Shown piece by piece: positions 1 to 10,019 of a stretch of 64,000 nt of DNA. A model generated the notes under the pieces. The model did no database searches. It saw only the letters and a program-made list of their open reading frames with translations, and had not been told where the DNA came from. The position numbers and the translations under genes are program-made. Within the stretch, counting starts at the first letter, position 1. Every line of letters starts with the position of its first letter. The DNA comes from an uncultured Terracidiphilus sp. (lineage in GTDB: Bacteria; Acidobacteriota; Terriglobia; Terriglobales; Acidobacteriaceae): positions 1,983 through 65,982 of the forward strand of contig CAZHOO010000012.1 of assembly GCA_964533905.1 (NCBI GenBank). Reading direction: 5' to 3'.

Positions 1-10
1 TGCCTATTCG

Positions 11-784
11 TTGGCCAGGCGTTCCGGTTTTCTCCAAACCACCCTCGGTCTTCGCTTATTTCGGTTTGCCTACTTCCTCTACAAACGATTCCTTGAAGAC
101 GATCTCCAGGGTCTGGTACTCGCCTTTCCCAATATTGTTTCCGGAGGGGATGTCCTCGACATCGGCGCCAATATCGGCTACACAGCCGCTGTCCTCGCGC
201 GAGTCGCGGAATCCGATCGCAAGGTCTATGCCTTTGAACCCGAGCCCTTCAACTTCAGCCTTCTGAAACAAACTGCACTTCGACCCGAGTTCGCGGGCAA
301 GATCGTCCCAATGCAATTGGCTGTCGGAGCCGAGGACGGAGCCATTAATCTGTGGATCAATGACCGCCACCATGCCGATCACCGGGTTGCCACCGAACAG
401 TTTCGTTCGTCACACCCGGGGTCGAAGCAAGTCAGCGTATCTCTCGTCAGCATTGACCACTTTCTTCAAGGCCGGCCGGGACCAGTCTCCTTTGTCAAGA
501 TTGATGTTCAAGGCTATGAGCTTGCGGTTTGCGAAGGAATGCGTGACACACTGCGTCTGAATCCCGACATCACCATCGTTCTCGAATTCATGCCGTCGGC
601 GATGCGCGAGTTGGGCTTCGAACCTTCGCAACTTATCGACTTTCTTGTTGAGCGGGATTTTAAAGTCTATCGCATTCGTCCCCGCGGAAAACTGTCACCA
701 GGCCTGCCGCCTGACACGAACAATACAGACTACCTCGACCTCTTATTCAGCCGCCGTCCCCTTGCGTGCGAGGTCGTTAAATGA
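11..784 (+). CDS. FkbM family SAM-dependent methyltransferase
   Basis: VLDIGANIG motif I, YAFEP, FVKIDVQGYE motif; stop overlaps next start. Confidence 0.88.
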   Translation: MARRSGFLQTTLGLRLFRFAYFLYKRFLEDDLQGLVLAFPNIVSGGDVLDIGANIGYTAAVLARVAESDRKVYAFEPEPFNFSLLKQTALRPEFAGKIVPMQLAVGAEDGAINLWINDRHHADHRVATEQFRSSHPGSKQVSVSLVSIDHFLQGRPGPVSFVKIDVQGYELAVCEGMRDTLRLNPDITIVLEFMPSAMRELGFEPSQLIDFLVERDFKVYRIRPRGKLSPGLPPDTNNTDYLDLLFSRRPLACEVVK

Positions 785-2445
785 AAACAATCGGCTCGGA
801 TTCTCACGTCAATGCGAACGTCGCCGGGACCTCCGCCCCAAACCGGAGGATCTCGGTGGTCGATGTCCTGGCCTCAGCATGGCCTGCGCTGCTCCTCGCT
901 GCTATTTGCCTTTTCCCTTACCTAAACAAGGCCTATCTGATTGACGATCCCTGGTTCCTCACCATGGCCCGGCAGATTGCGGTGCACCCAAAGCATCCCA
1001 TGGATTTCGACGTATGCTGGAACACCGTCGAGAATTGCACCAAAGCTTACGAGATGACGCCCGGGAATTCACTCATGGGATATGCCCTCCTGCCTACGGT
1101 TTTGACTGGCGCCCACGAGTGGACAGCCCACCTGACCCAATTGGTCTTAGCCTGGATCGCTGTATTTGCGATGACTTCGCTTATCTTCCGGTTTGGATGG
1201 GACCGATGGCACGCGACTGTTGGCGCTCTGCTTCTTGTCGCCATTCCTCCTTTTCTACCAATGGCCAGCACCGCCATGCCCGATATTCTCGCCACAGCCA
1301 TCGCTCTCATCGCGGTAGAGCGGCTCGCTGCATGGAAGGCAGAAATGAAATGGAGTCAAGGAGCCGCAGCCGCGATCGCGCTCGGGCTCGCGGGCTTCGC
1401 ACGGTCTCATCTCGCGCTCCTAATCCCGCTTGCCGCGTTTTTCTTGGTAGATAGCATCAACCCACGAGAGATTCTGCTCGACCTTCGCCGGAGATTATGG
1501 CTTTGGACGCCGGTTCTCGCCGGCTTTGGTATTTTGCTGGCCCTCATTCTTACTGTCCGTGAGCACAACTTGGCGCTCAATCCTCCCCAGGTCGTCACGG
1601 GGCTATGGCACATTCCGCGTAATCTTTCATCGTACTTGGCCTACTTTGCCGTTCCTCTGCCGGTGGTCTTCTGCTGGCTGGCAAATCGATTCAAATCGAA
1701 AAAGCCGAATCTCGTTTTCTTCCTTTTTCCGGTGGCCCTCATCCCTCTGTTTCTGCGCTGGAGGTATTCGTTTGTCGTATTCCTGGCTATTCTTGGATTG
1801 CGCGCGCTGATTGGCCTTTTCCATCAGGCGTTCAAACGGCGCCAACATATCGATCTCTTCTTGCTGTTCTGGGTTCTAATTCCCCTTCCCATCGTCTACT
1901 ACACACACCTTCCCATGAAATACTTGCTCCCCTGCATACCCGCTGTCATCCTCATCTGCTTCCGATTACTGGATCGAATGTCGCTCCGCTTTGCCCGAAC
2001 AGCAATCTTTGCACTGATCCTCGCCGGCACGGGCTACTCCCTTCTGATCCTCCACGCAGACGCTGAATTTGCGGATTTTGGCCGGGACACTCTATATCGT
2101 TTGATTGCGCCCCACGTCGCGGCCGGCGAAAAAGTTTGGTTCCCTGGGCAGTACTGGTCGTACTGGTACGCCCCATTGGCAGGTGCGACGCTCACCTACC
2201 CAGGCGGTCCCCAACCGAAGCCCGGAGATCTATTGGTCGTCGACGTGTACGCGGACTCTTCGGGAGCACACTGGCCGCTTGGGCGTTTCCCCCAGCGAAC
2301 ATTAGTGGATGCGATTGTCCACAAGTACCGTTTCGGCAGAACCATGGGAGCAGGAATGGGACTCTATTCCAATGGCGCCGGCTTCTGGCTATGGGGATTC
2401 GGTGAGAGCGAGAAGGATCGATTTGAGCTTTGGAGAATCAATTAA
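781..2445 (+). CDS. GT-C fold polytopic membrane glycosyltransferase (PMT/ArnT, GT39/83-like)
   Basis: ~12 hydrophobic helices, acidic IDDPWF motif in the loop after TM1, KYLLP motif late, soluble C-terminal domain. Confidence 0.68.
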   Translation: MKTIGSDSHVNANVAGTSAPNRRISVVDVLASAWPALLLAAICLFPYLNKAYLIDDPWFLTMARQIAVHPKHPMDFDVCWNTVENCTKAYEMTPGNSLMGYALLPTVLTGAHEWTAHLTQLVLAWIAVFAMTSLIFRFGWDRWHATVGALLLVAIPPFLPMASTAMPDILATAIALIAVERLAAWKAEMKWSQGAAAAIALGLAGFARSHLALLIPLAAFFLVDSINPREILLDLRRRLWLWTPVLAGFGILLALILTVREHNLALNPPQVVTGLWHIPRNLSSYLAYFAVPLPVVFCWLANRFKSKKPNLVFFLFPVALIPLFLRWRYSFVVFLAILGLRALIGLFHQAFKRRQHIDLFLLFWVLIPLPIVYYTHLPMKYLLPCIPAVILICFRLLDRMSLRFARTAIFALILAGTGYSLLILHADAEFADFGRDTLYRLIAPHVAAGEKVWFPGQYWSYWYAPLAGATLTYPGGPQPKPGDLLVVDVYADSSGAHWPLGRFPQRTLVDAIVHKYRFGRTMGAGMGLYSNGAGFWLWGFGESEKDRFELWRIN

Positions 2446-2596
2446 GCATTAACTTGCGGCGCGCGCCCCGAGAGATTGAGCCTCCGCCCCGGTCGTGCAG
2501 AATCTTGATTGCTGCAGCGAACCCGCCGGAGGCGGCCCAACCATCGGTCCTCAAATCGACGAAGGTGACCTTGGAGAGTGTGGCCGCTCGCGCACC

Positions 2597-3385
2597 TCAT
2601 GGCCGCTGCGCGCTCTCGGAATAGTACTCCTTCGCCAGTCTCCGGCCTTTGGCGCCGAAACGCGCCACGCGGATCAGCCCCATCTTCTGCGCCCTGAAGC
2701 TGAACGTCGTTGCCAGAACACCGAATCCGTACTCCACGCTGCGTTTGAAGTTAATCGAGGATGCTTCCTCGAAATACTTCGTCGGGCACGAAATCTCGCC
2801 AATGCGAAAGCCAAACATCACGGCTTGCGCGATCACCTGATTGTCGAAGACAAAATCATCCGAGTTTTCCAGCAACGGCAGCGTCTCCAGCAGCTCTCGC
2901 GAGAAAGCCCTGAATCCGGTGTGGTATTCCGAGAGTTTCACCCCCAGAATCAGATTTTGAAAAGCGGTCAGCAGGCGGTTGGCCACGTATTTGTAGAACG
3001 GCATTCCGCCCTTCAACGCCCCGGCCCCCAGAATCCGCGATCCCAAAACCATGTCGTACACACCGCTCGCGACCATCCCCGCCATCGCCGGAACCAGTGT
3101 CGGTGTGTATTGGTAATCGGGATGCACCATCACCACAATGTCCGCTCCCGCCGCGAGCGCCTCGCGGTAGCAAGTCTGCTGGTTGCGTCCGTATCCGTAG
3201 TTCGAGTCGTGCACAAACGTCGTTATGCCCAGCCCGCGCGAAAGCTCCGCTGTCTTGTCCTTGCTTGAATCGTCAACCAGGATCTTGATGTCCACCACGT
3301 CGGAAAGCTCGCGCACGGTCTGCTCCAGCGTCTTCTCGGCGTTGTACGCCGGCATCACCACCGCGATCCGCTTTCCATTAATCAA
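2597..3385 (-). CDS. GT2 glycosyltransferase, polyprenol-phosphate sugar synthase (Dpm1/GtrB-like)
   Basis: [37 protein letters not shown] motifs; TTG start at 3385 behind GGGGAG RBS. Confidence 0.88.
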   Translation of the reverse strand: MINGKRIAVVMPAYNAEKTLEQTVRELSDVVDIKILVDDSSKDKTAELSRGLGITTFVHDSNYGYGRNQQTCYREALAAGADIVVMVHPDYQYTPTLVPAMAGMVASGVYDMVLGSRILGAGALKGGMPFYKYVANRLLTAFQNLILGVKLSEYHTGFRAFSRELLETLPLLENSDDFVFDNQVIAQAVMFGFRIGEISCPTKYFEEASSINFKRSVEYGFGVLATTFSFRAQKMGLIRVARFGAKGRRLAKEYYSESAQRP

Positions 3386-3437
3386 GGTTTCAACTCCCCG
3401 AAAGCCCTGCTCAAATGGTCCCCTTGCCTGTTCTTTA

Positions 3438-5294
3438 TCAGTGGGCGCTAACACCGCTGGCTCCGCTAACCCCGCCAACTCCGCTGTCTTCGTACGGCGT
3501 CACTCTTGCCGGAATCGCATCCGGCTCAACCAGCCAAACCTGCCGGTTCCGATAGTAATGCAGTAACTCTAAATTATCTGTAACATCCATATCCCTCGCC
3601 CATACGACTTTCGAACCATCGATGTCAGCCCCGTTAAAAACCCATTCGTCCAGCGGATTGTGATCGCCTCCATAGCGGACGATCACCAGCTGGTCTCCGG
3701 GCAGTTGCTTGAGCCGCTCTTCGATTTGCGCTCGTTCCGTTCCAAAATGCTGTGGTCCGAACCAGACAAAATGCCAGTTCCCGGGATCCCACTCCGGCGG
3801 TCCCAGATGCAATGGCTCCGCGACCACACGAATTCCGGCCATAACCACGCAGGCAACCACCGTGAATCGTACGAGTGCAAGGCCCACCGGGCTCCTCCCC
3901 ATCCTCCATACTCTCAGGTGTCTCATCATCTGGAGCCCTATCACATAAAAAGCCGCGGAAAAGGGAGCGGTGTAGTACGGGATGAGATAGATTTCGATCG
4001 CAACTCCGCAGATCAGCGTCAGCACGCACACAATCAGGAAACGGATGCGCCGATCCAGAAAAACCCGCCGCATCATGAACAGCGGAGGCGCAAGGCAAAA
4101 CCCCGTGTAAAAAAACAAATTGAATCCGGCTTTTGCGATGCTTAGCGGTATGAAGCCCCTGAGGGAATGGACGCGTGTGTACAACGGAAGCTCTTCTTGC
4201 TCATAGAAGTCACGCATCGCCGCGTGCCGGTACGCGGGTTCCGGCCGCGCGTGCTGCCAAATGTAATACGGAGTAACCGCGTATTGTGCGCGATCTACCG
4301 TGTAGGGCAGAGTCAGAGGACTTCCGAAGGCACGATAATCGTAATAGCCCAACCAGGCTAAAGTCCCTGCAACCACCAGCAATGGAGCCACCGAGCGGCG
4401 CGCGAGAACGCCCATTGGCGGCCGGTTCTTCCCTTTGAATACCCAGCGTCCTAGAACAACCGCCACCGGCAGGCAAAGCAGAAATCCCTCATACGGGCGT
4501 GTCAGGATCAGAAGGGCTATTCCAATGCCCATCGCCATTCCGTATCGAAACCGTCCTGTCTTCATCAACCGCGGCAGACTGCCCAGAATCAACGCCCCGC
4601 CGAGTGCGCTCGGCACGGCTGCCGTATGGTACGTGTTGATCCACAAGCTGAACAGCCCCAACCGCAACACCGCGATCGCCCCACCCAGCAGCACCCAATT
4701 CCGCGGGAGCCACGCCTGCAGCATCCATACAAGCGCTGCGCACATCACTCCATCGACCGCCAGTTGAGCCAGCCACGGCTGGCCGAACAATACTTGCCCG
4801 GCCGTCAGCATCAACCCCTGTCCCGGGAAGTACATCGATTGATAGGTCGGCAGCATCGTGATGTGAATGGTCTCGAAGTGCATCCACATCGCAGGCGTCG
4901 GATTGGTCAGCCGGCCGTGGGCAAACGTGTCCGCAGCCAGCAGGAAACTGAAGTCATCGGCCACAAACGGCAACGGAATCGGGAACCATGGCAGAATCGC
5001 AAGCCGCAGCACAATCACGCTGACACCAGCGTAGATAGGTATCCCGCGTCGGCGCGCCAGTTCCCCGAACGCGCGCTCCATGCGCTCGAAGAACCCGTTG
5101 CCAAGCTCAGGCCATATGAAAGCCAATGTCACAGTGATCAGGGTGATGGCAAATTCACTTCCCAGCAGGAAATGATTTGGTCTCACGTCGGAAGGAAGCA
5201 CCATGGAAAACCATAACCTCTCAGGAGCGTTGAAGAATGGAGAAGATCCGGCATGGGCGCTGAACTGTATGCCGGCGTGCCTCTTGCGCCTCAC
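3438..5294 (-). CDS. Polytopic membrane protein, probable GT-C glycosyltransferase (start uncertain, possibly 5204)
   Basis: many TM segments, [12 protein letters not shown] acidic loop motif, TRPYEG, periplasmic C-terminal domain. Confidence 0.6.
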   Translation of the reverse strand: MRRKRHAGIQFSAHAGSSPFFNAPERLWFSMVLPSDVRPNHFLLGSEFAITLITVTLAFIWPELGNGFFERMERAFGELARRRGIPIYAGVSVIVLRLAILPWFPIPLPFVADDFSFLLAADTFAHGRLTNPTPAMWMHFETIHITMLPTYQSMYFPGQGLMLTAGQVLFGQPWLAQLAVDGVMCAALVWMLQAWLPRNWVLLGGAIAVLRLGLFSLWINTYHTAAVPSALGGALILGSLPRLMKTGRFRYGMAMGIGIALLILTRPYEGFLLCLPVAVVLGRWVFKGKNRPPMGVLARRSVAPLLVVAGTLAWLGYYDYRAFGSPLTLPYTVDRAQYAVTPYYIWQHARPEPAYRHAAMRDFYEQEELPLYTRVHSLRGFIPLSIAKAGFNLFFYTGFCLAPPLFMMRRVFLDRRIRFLIVCVLTLICGVAIEIYLIPYYTAPFSAAFYVIGLQMMRHLRVWRMGRSPVGLALVRFTVVACVVMAGIRVVAEPLHLGPPEWDPGNWHFVWFGPQHFGTERAQIEERLKQLPGDQLVIVRYGGDHNPLDEWVFNGADIDGSKVVWARDMDVTDNLELLHYYRNRQVWLVEPDAIPARVTPYEDSGVGGVSGASGVSAH

Positions 5295-5312
5295 ATGAAA
5301 TTGTCTTCTTGG

Positions 5313-6668
5313 TCACAGAGTGCCCCCGTTGCTCGCGGCGGGCGCGCCGAGCGACTCGCTTAAGTTGACGAATCCTCGCCCTTCCTCAGCGGTTGATCGC
5401 AGGTAAGCCCACAAATAGAACAAGCCCAGTGCCACGAGCGCGATCGACTCTGGCCGCAACAGCGCCACACTCAGCAACTGCCCTCCAAAACCCGCTTGGC
5501 TCACGTGCAGCGAATTGGCAATCGTCTTGAAAACCGCGAGTGGAAAATCTCCTGCAAACAGGACCGCCGCCGTAGTGATCCAAAATCCAATCTTTCCGCG
5601 TCGGCGGCGACCGGCCCACAGCATGCAGCACGGCGGAATCGCCAGCATCACCAGCTTGGCGTCCCACGGACGATGATAGGTAACCAACAACGTGAATGCT
5701 GTCGCAGCGGCCAGCGCCAGCCAGGCCTTCTCCACCGAAACACGCGTCCGCAGCGTCCAGACTGCCCACACCAGCGAAAGCGCTCCGCAGAACACATAAC
5801 TCACTACGTTATAAAAGCCCGGATCGTCGCGGAAAATACTGATCGCCGCCTGGAGATCGACGACAGTGTAAACGGAACGCCCTGAGAACGACTTGGGTCC
5901 CGGATCGTTCATGCCCCCAGGCCCCGAGATTGCAGCCAGATTGGCGCTCCAGTCATGCATCCAGTGCGGCGCAACATGCCAGACCCACACCACCGCCGCC
6001 GCGCCGATCAAAGCTGTGATCGCCAGGCTCTCCAGCGCCCGCTTGCGAAAGGCGCCGCCGGCCAGGATGAAATAGAGCCACACTAGGCCAGCGTCATGGG
6101 GCTTAATCGCCAGGCTGAGCCCGAGGCACAGAACTCCCACGCGTACAAAACGGTTTTCCAGAAAACACCACACCGCGATCCCGCAAAGCCCCACCACGAT
6201 CCCGGCAGTATTGCCCGCGCCAAAAATCGATGCGCAGTTGACCGCAAGAATGCACGTAAGCAGGGTCGACAATGGCGCCGCGTGGCTCGCGCCGGCTCTC
6301 CACATCAGCACGATCGCAAGAATGAATGCGAATCCCGTTGCCAACATCCACAGCACGTGCGCCGGCCCCCAGGAAAGCATCGCCAACGGCGCCACAATAA
6401 CGAACGTCGTGGGCACATTCACATAGAGTGTGATCGCCTGCAGATTAAACGGCGTGTCCGGTGGACGTTGGCCGTCCTCCGACAGATACTCGCTCTTAAG
6501 GTCGCCTACGTTGTAGGGATTATGCTCGTGGATTAGGCACCGGGTTCCCGCATACACAGCTCGGAAATCAATCCAGGCGTTCACGCGACCGATCGAGATT
6601 CCCCAAAGAACCGAGATCGCGACCGACACAAGCACCCAGATCAGACCATCGCGGTGCCACTTCCCCAT
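5313..6668 (-). CDS. GT87/DUF2029-like GT-C glycosyltransferase
   Basis: IDFRAVY..NPY loop, GN/IKPH motifs, YHRPWD; ~11 TM helices; GAGG RBS. Confidence 0.75.
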   Translation of the reverse strand: MGKWHRDGLIWVLVSVAISVLWGISIGRVNAWIDFRAVYAGTRCLIHEHNPYNVGDLKSEYLSEDGQRPPDTPFNLQAITLYVNVPTTFVIVAPLAMLSWGPAHVLWMLATGFAFILAIVLMWRAGASHAAPLSTLLTCILAVNCASIFGAGNTAGIVVGLCGIAVWCFLENRFVRVGVLCLGLSLAIKPHDAGLVWLYFILAGGAFRKRALESLAITALIGAAAVVWVWHVAPHWMHDWSANLAAISGPGGMNDPGPKSFSGRSVYTVVDLQAAISIFRDDPGFYNVVSYVFCGALSLVWAVWTLRTRVSVEKAWLALAAATAFTLLVTYHRPWDAKLVMLAIPPCCMLWAGRRRRGKIGFWITTAAVLFAGDFPLAVFKTIANSLHVSQAGFGGQLLSVALLRPESIALVALGLFYLWAYLRSTAEEGRGFVNLSESLGAPAASNGGTL

Positions 6669-6721
6669 GCTCGGCCTCTCGCCTCATTTTAAAGGCCACT
6701 TGCATCGCTCCCACCGCATTG

Positions 6722-6781
6722 AAAAAAATGGGAGAGCCAAGCTCGGCAACGGAGGATATTCGCCGGCCCGTCTCTCCCATT
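6722..6781 (-). terminator. Long-stem intrinsic terminator after the pilin array
   Basis: ATGGGAGAG...CTCTCCCAT inverted repeat followed by a T run on the minus strand. Confidence 0.6.
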
Positions 6782-6862
6782 CAATCTGCTGAGTGTTCAA
6801 TGTGCCCGTCGCAGGTTCCTCGCTGCCTGGGCAGCGATCCCCCAGAATGACCTGCCGCAAGA

Positions 6863-7057
6863 CTAGGCCAGCGAGCCGCTCACGTTGCTGAATACCGCGT
6901 TGACCGCCGTGGCCACATGTCTCACCCCGGCAATGCATGCCAGAGCAATCATCGCCACGAGCAACGAATACTCCACGAGGTCCTGACCCGCTTCCGCGTG
7001 CAACAGGTCCTGGGCCCTCAAATGCGCTTTTAAAACCAAATGCCCTAAACAGCTCAA
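6863..7057 (-). CDS. flp: Flp family type IVc pilin (copy 4)
   Basis: G|QDLVEY prepilin site, hydrophobic helix, ends VFSNVSGSLA. Confidence 0.88.
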   Translation of the reverse strand: MSCLGHLVLKAHLRAQDLLHAEAGQDLVEYSLLVAMIALACIAGVRHVATAVNAVFSNVSGSLA

Positions 7058-7200
7058 GTTAGTGCTCCTTGTTTCTGGCCCCCACTAAATTAAGAGCCGC
7101 GTCGTGGCGACGTTGCTTTCTGCGCTGCCCGTTGAGTATTGCCGGAAAGCTAGCATCCGGCCAGATTCCGAAATATTGCGATTGGTAATATCGCCCGTAG

Positions 7201-7386
7201 CTATGCGAGCGACGTGCTGATGTTGCTGAACGCCGCGTCCAGACCCGAGGCCATGTTCTCGATACCCGAAATGCACACCAGCGCAATCAGGGTCACCAGC
7301 AGCCCGTACTCAACCAGGTCCTGGCCTTCTTCGCCGTTCCTGAGCGCCTGCAGCCCTGCATAGAGCTTCAACAAAGCGTCGTTCAT
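7201..7386 (-). CDS. flp: Flp family type IVc pilin (copy 3)
   Basis: EEG|QDLVEYGLL, ends AFSNISTSLA; 61 aa; GAGGA RBS. Confidence 0.92.
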   Translation of the reverse strand: MNDALLKLYAGLQALRNGEEGQDLVEYGLLVTLIALVCISGIENMASGLDAAFSNISTSLA

Positions 7387-7635
7387 CTTCGGATCCTCAA
7401 CGTCGGTGGATTTCCAGTTCAACCGGCCTTCGGTATCCCTTGTTTTTTGCGGGCTTACGCCTCGCTTATTCACTTGTAGGGAGATTGGATAAATCTATAA
7501 GACAAACCAGCGCTTGCTTGTTGCTCGTTCAAGGGCTCTAAACTCGGTGGGAGGAGTACGCTCCGGCTCACTGCCGCCAACGTAACCCTCCCACGAAGAT
7601 GCTGAGGCCTTCAGCTGAAATCGGCCTCCCGCCAA

Positions 7636-7821
7636 CTAGGCCAGCGAGGTGCTGATGTTGCTGAAAACCGTGTTCACTGCTGTCGCTACGTTGCCAACGC
7701 CTGTGATGCAAACGAGAGCAATCAGGGCAACCAGCAGCGCATATTCGACCAGATCCTGACCTTCCTCGCCGTTCCTCAGGCCCTGGAACTTCACGTACAG
7801 GTTCAGAATTGAGTTCCTCAT
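7636..7821 (-). CDS. flp: Flp family type IVc pilin (copy 2)
   Basis: EEG|QDLVEYALL, ends VFSNISTSLA; 61 aa; AAGGAG RBS. Confidence 0.93.
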   Translation of the reverse strand: MRNSILNLYVKFQGLRNGEEGQDLVEYALLVALIALVCITGVGNVATAVNTVFSNISTSLA

Positions 7822-7951
7822 TCGTGTTCTCCTTGGCAAACTTCCGGCCCGTGCCGGGGAAGTGGGCCGCCACACTTTCGTGGGTTTACGGTCAAGGCAT
7901 CAGGTCGTTCTCCCTGCCCGATTCATGATTGCTCTGCTTTCGAGCCGATGT

Positions 7952-7992
7952 CCTTTGTGCGGGAAGACGCTTTCGGCGTCTTCCCGCAAAGG
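7952..7992 (-). terminator. Strong hairpin downstream of the first pilin (terminator or 3' stabiliser)
   Basis: 13-bp perfect stem TGCGGGAAGACGC/GCGTCTTCCCGCA with CGAAA loop; no clear U tract. Confidence 0.55.
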
Positions 7993-8026
7993 GGCTGAGG
8001 TTCTGGAATAGTCGAGTTCGACTTGA

Positions 8027-8212
8027 CTACGCCAACGACGTGCTGATGTTGCTGAACACGGTGTTAACAGCCGTCGCGACCTTGCTGACGCCGCCGATGC
8101 AAACCAGTGCGATCAGGGCAACCAGAAGCGCGTACTCGACCAGATCCTGACCTTCCTCGCGGGCCATCAGGGTCTGCAACTTCACATACAGTGAAAGAAA
8201 TAGGTTGTTCAT
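8027..8212 (-). CDS. flp: Flp family type IVc pilin (copy 1, promoter-proximal)
   Basis: EEG|QDLVEYALL, ends VFSNISTSLA; 61 aa; GAGAGGA RBS. Confidence 0.93.
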   Translation of the reverse strand: MNNLFLSLYVKLQTLMAREEGQDLVEYALLVALIALVCIGGVSKVATAVNTVFSNISTSLA

Positions 8213-8268
8213 TTGTTTTCCTCTCCGAGAGATCGATTTTCCCAGCCTCAGCCGGGCACACTCTTGAG

Positions 8269-8284
8269 AGCATCTGGCGTGCCA
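8269..8284 (-). promoter_or_regulatory. sigma54 -24/-12 promoter of the flp array
   Basis: minus strand TGGCACGCCAGATGCT: exact GG-N10-GC spacing, ~57 nt upstream of flp1; IHF-like ATTCAATGCCTTA at 8312-8324. Confidence 0.75.
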
Positions 8285-8577
8285 TTCTCTGACAAGTTGT
8301 CTGCGTTTTAAATTCAATGCCTTACGAGAGATTCCGAAACAGGTGACCATGGATACTGTCTACCTGCGTTTACAACCACCCTTCCACCGGACTTCTGTGT
8401 TTACATTTCAGGTCCACCTTGCCGGGCCATCTCCCTCGAAATCCCCACCAAACGCGGCAAATCCGCCTTCTTTTCGCCCTTCCGTCAAGCTGATTGCCCC
8501 ACCACTCCGCCATCTCAAAAACCTCTAATAAAACCGCCCTCATCCACAACCCCTATGGCTGCTCTAGAATAGCCACC

Positions 8578-9759
8578 ATGGCCAGCAAGCCGGACCTCCT
8601 TCCTGCCGAGGATCCTCGCGACTTTGCCCAGGTTGCGATCGCTTCCGCTGCCGGCTTGGCGCTGGCCGTTACCATCCTCTACATCTGCGCCGGCCCTCTT
8701 GCAGGCAAGTTGTCTGCCAGTCGCGACTTCCTTTCTTACTGGGCCACCGGCCGCCAGCTCGTTCAACACCGCAATCCCTACGACCGCGATGCCATCTGGT
8801 CCATTGAGCACGCCGCCGGCCTCGATCCGCGCACCGTCCTCATCATGCGCAACCCGCCATGGGCCCTCCCCATCGCTTACCCACTCGGCCTGCTTGGCCT
8901 GCGCGTCTCAGGAATCCTCTGGACCCTCCTGCTCCTCGCCTGTCTCCTCATCTCCATCCGCATCCTTCACCGGCTCCATGGCTCACCCCCAAATCGAATC
9001 CACTGGCTCGGATTCGCCTTCACCCCCGCCATCATCTGCATCACCATGGGCCAAACCTCGCTCCTCGCCCTCCTCGGCCTGGTGCTTTTTCTTCGCTTCC
9101 ATCGCTGCCACCCGTTCCTGGCCGGCGCCGCGCTCTGGCTTTGCGCTCTCAAGCCCCACCTGCTGTTGCCTTTTGCCGTCGTTCTCGCCGCATGGATCGT
9201 TCTCACCCGCGCCTGGAAGCTCCTCGCCGGATTCGCCTCCGCGCTCGCCTTCACCTCCGTCATCGCCACCCTCATTGACCCCTCGTCCTGGGCCGATTAC
9301 GCGCGCCTCATGCGCTCGCCCTCCGTCGAAAACCAGTTCATTCCCTGCCTGGCCGGAGCACTGCGGCGCTGGCTCCATCCTCACGCGGTCTGGCTGCAAT
9401 ACCTTCCTGTCGCCGTCGCATGTCTCTGGGCTCTCGCTTACTTTTGGCGTCGCCGCGCTCATTGGGATTGGCTCTCCGACTCCAGCCCCCTCATCCTTGT
9501 CTCGCTCCTTGCCGCGCCTTACCTCTGGTTCTACGACCAATGCCTCGCCATTCCCGCGCTACTCAGCGGCGCGTACGCCACCCGCTCGCGCAAAGTGCTC
9601 ACGGCCCTCCCCCTGCTTATCCTCGCCACCGACGTCGAACTCGTCATCGTCAAGGTCATCACCTCCACCCTCTTTCTCTGGACCATCCCAGCCTGGCTTC
9701 TCTGGTACCTCATCGCCCGCTCCACCGCTCAGGAAAAACTCCCGGCCCGATCCGCCTGA
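8578..9759 (+). CDS. GT87/DUF2029-like GT-C glycosyltransferase
   Basis: RDFLSYWATG..NPYD, MRNPPW, MGQTS, LKPHL, WFYD motifs; polytopic. Confidence 0.8.
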   Translation: MASKPDLLPAEDPRDFAQVAIASAAGLALAVTILYICAGPLAGKLSASRDFLSYWATGRQLVQHRNPYDRDAIWSIEHAAGLDPRTVLIMRNPPWALPIAYPLGLLGLRVSGILWTLLLLACLLISIRILHRLHGSPPNRIHWLGFAFTPAIICITMGQTSLLALLGLVLFLRFHRCHPFLAGAALWLCALKPHLLLPFAVVLAAWIVLTRAWKLLAGFASALAFTSVIATLIDPSSWADYARLMRSPSVENQFIPCLAGALRRWLHPHAVWLQYLPVAVACLWALAYFWRRRAHWDWLSDSSPLILVSLLAAPYLWFYDQCLAIPALLSGAYATRSRKVLTALPLLILATDVELVIVKVITSTLFLWTIPAWLLWYLIARSTAQEKLPARSA

Positions 9760-9889
9760 CTGTTCACTGCTCACCGTTCACCTTCCACCGCCCACCGTTC
9801 ACCGTCTCTCTTGTAGCGCCGGTCTCCAGACCGGCTGTCGTGCGGGCGTCCTCGCCCGCACACCGCCCACCGTCCACCGTTCACCGTCT
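9760..9889. repeat. Heptamer tandem repeats (CCGTTCA-like) interrupted by a GTAG-type REP-like double hairpin (9813-9859)
   Basis: ctgttca ctgctca ccgttca ccttcca ccgccca ccgttca...; REP shares 29 bp with 49852-49880. Confidence 0.75.
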
Positions 9890-10019
9890 TGGTTCGCACT
9901 CACCACCAACCGCGCCGCTACTCCCGCAATCCCCACGCACGCCGCACCTATAATTGCTCTGACCTTCTTAAGAATCGACCTGCGCGAGAATTGTCTCGCT
10001 CCGGAAAGGCGCATCATCC

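Noticed and set aside
6863-8212. Pilin array as a CRISPR array or RiPP precursor cluster
   Set aside because: The repeats are coding Flp genes with G|xxxxEY sites, and a cognate prepilin peptidase is in the window; no cas or RiPP maturase genes
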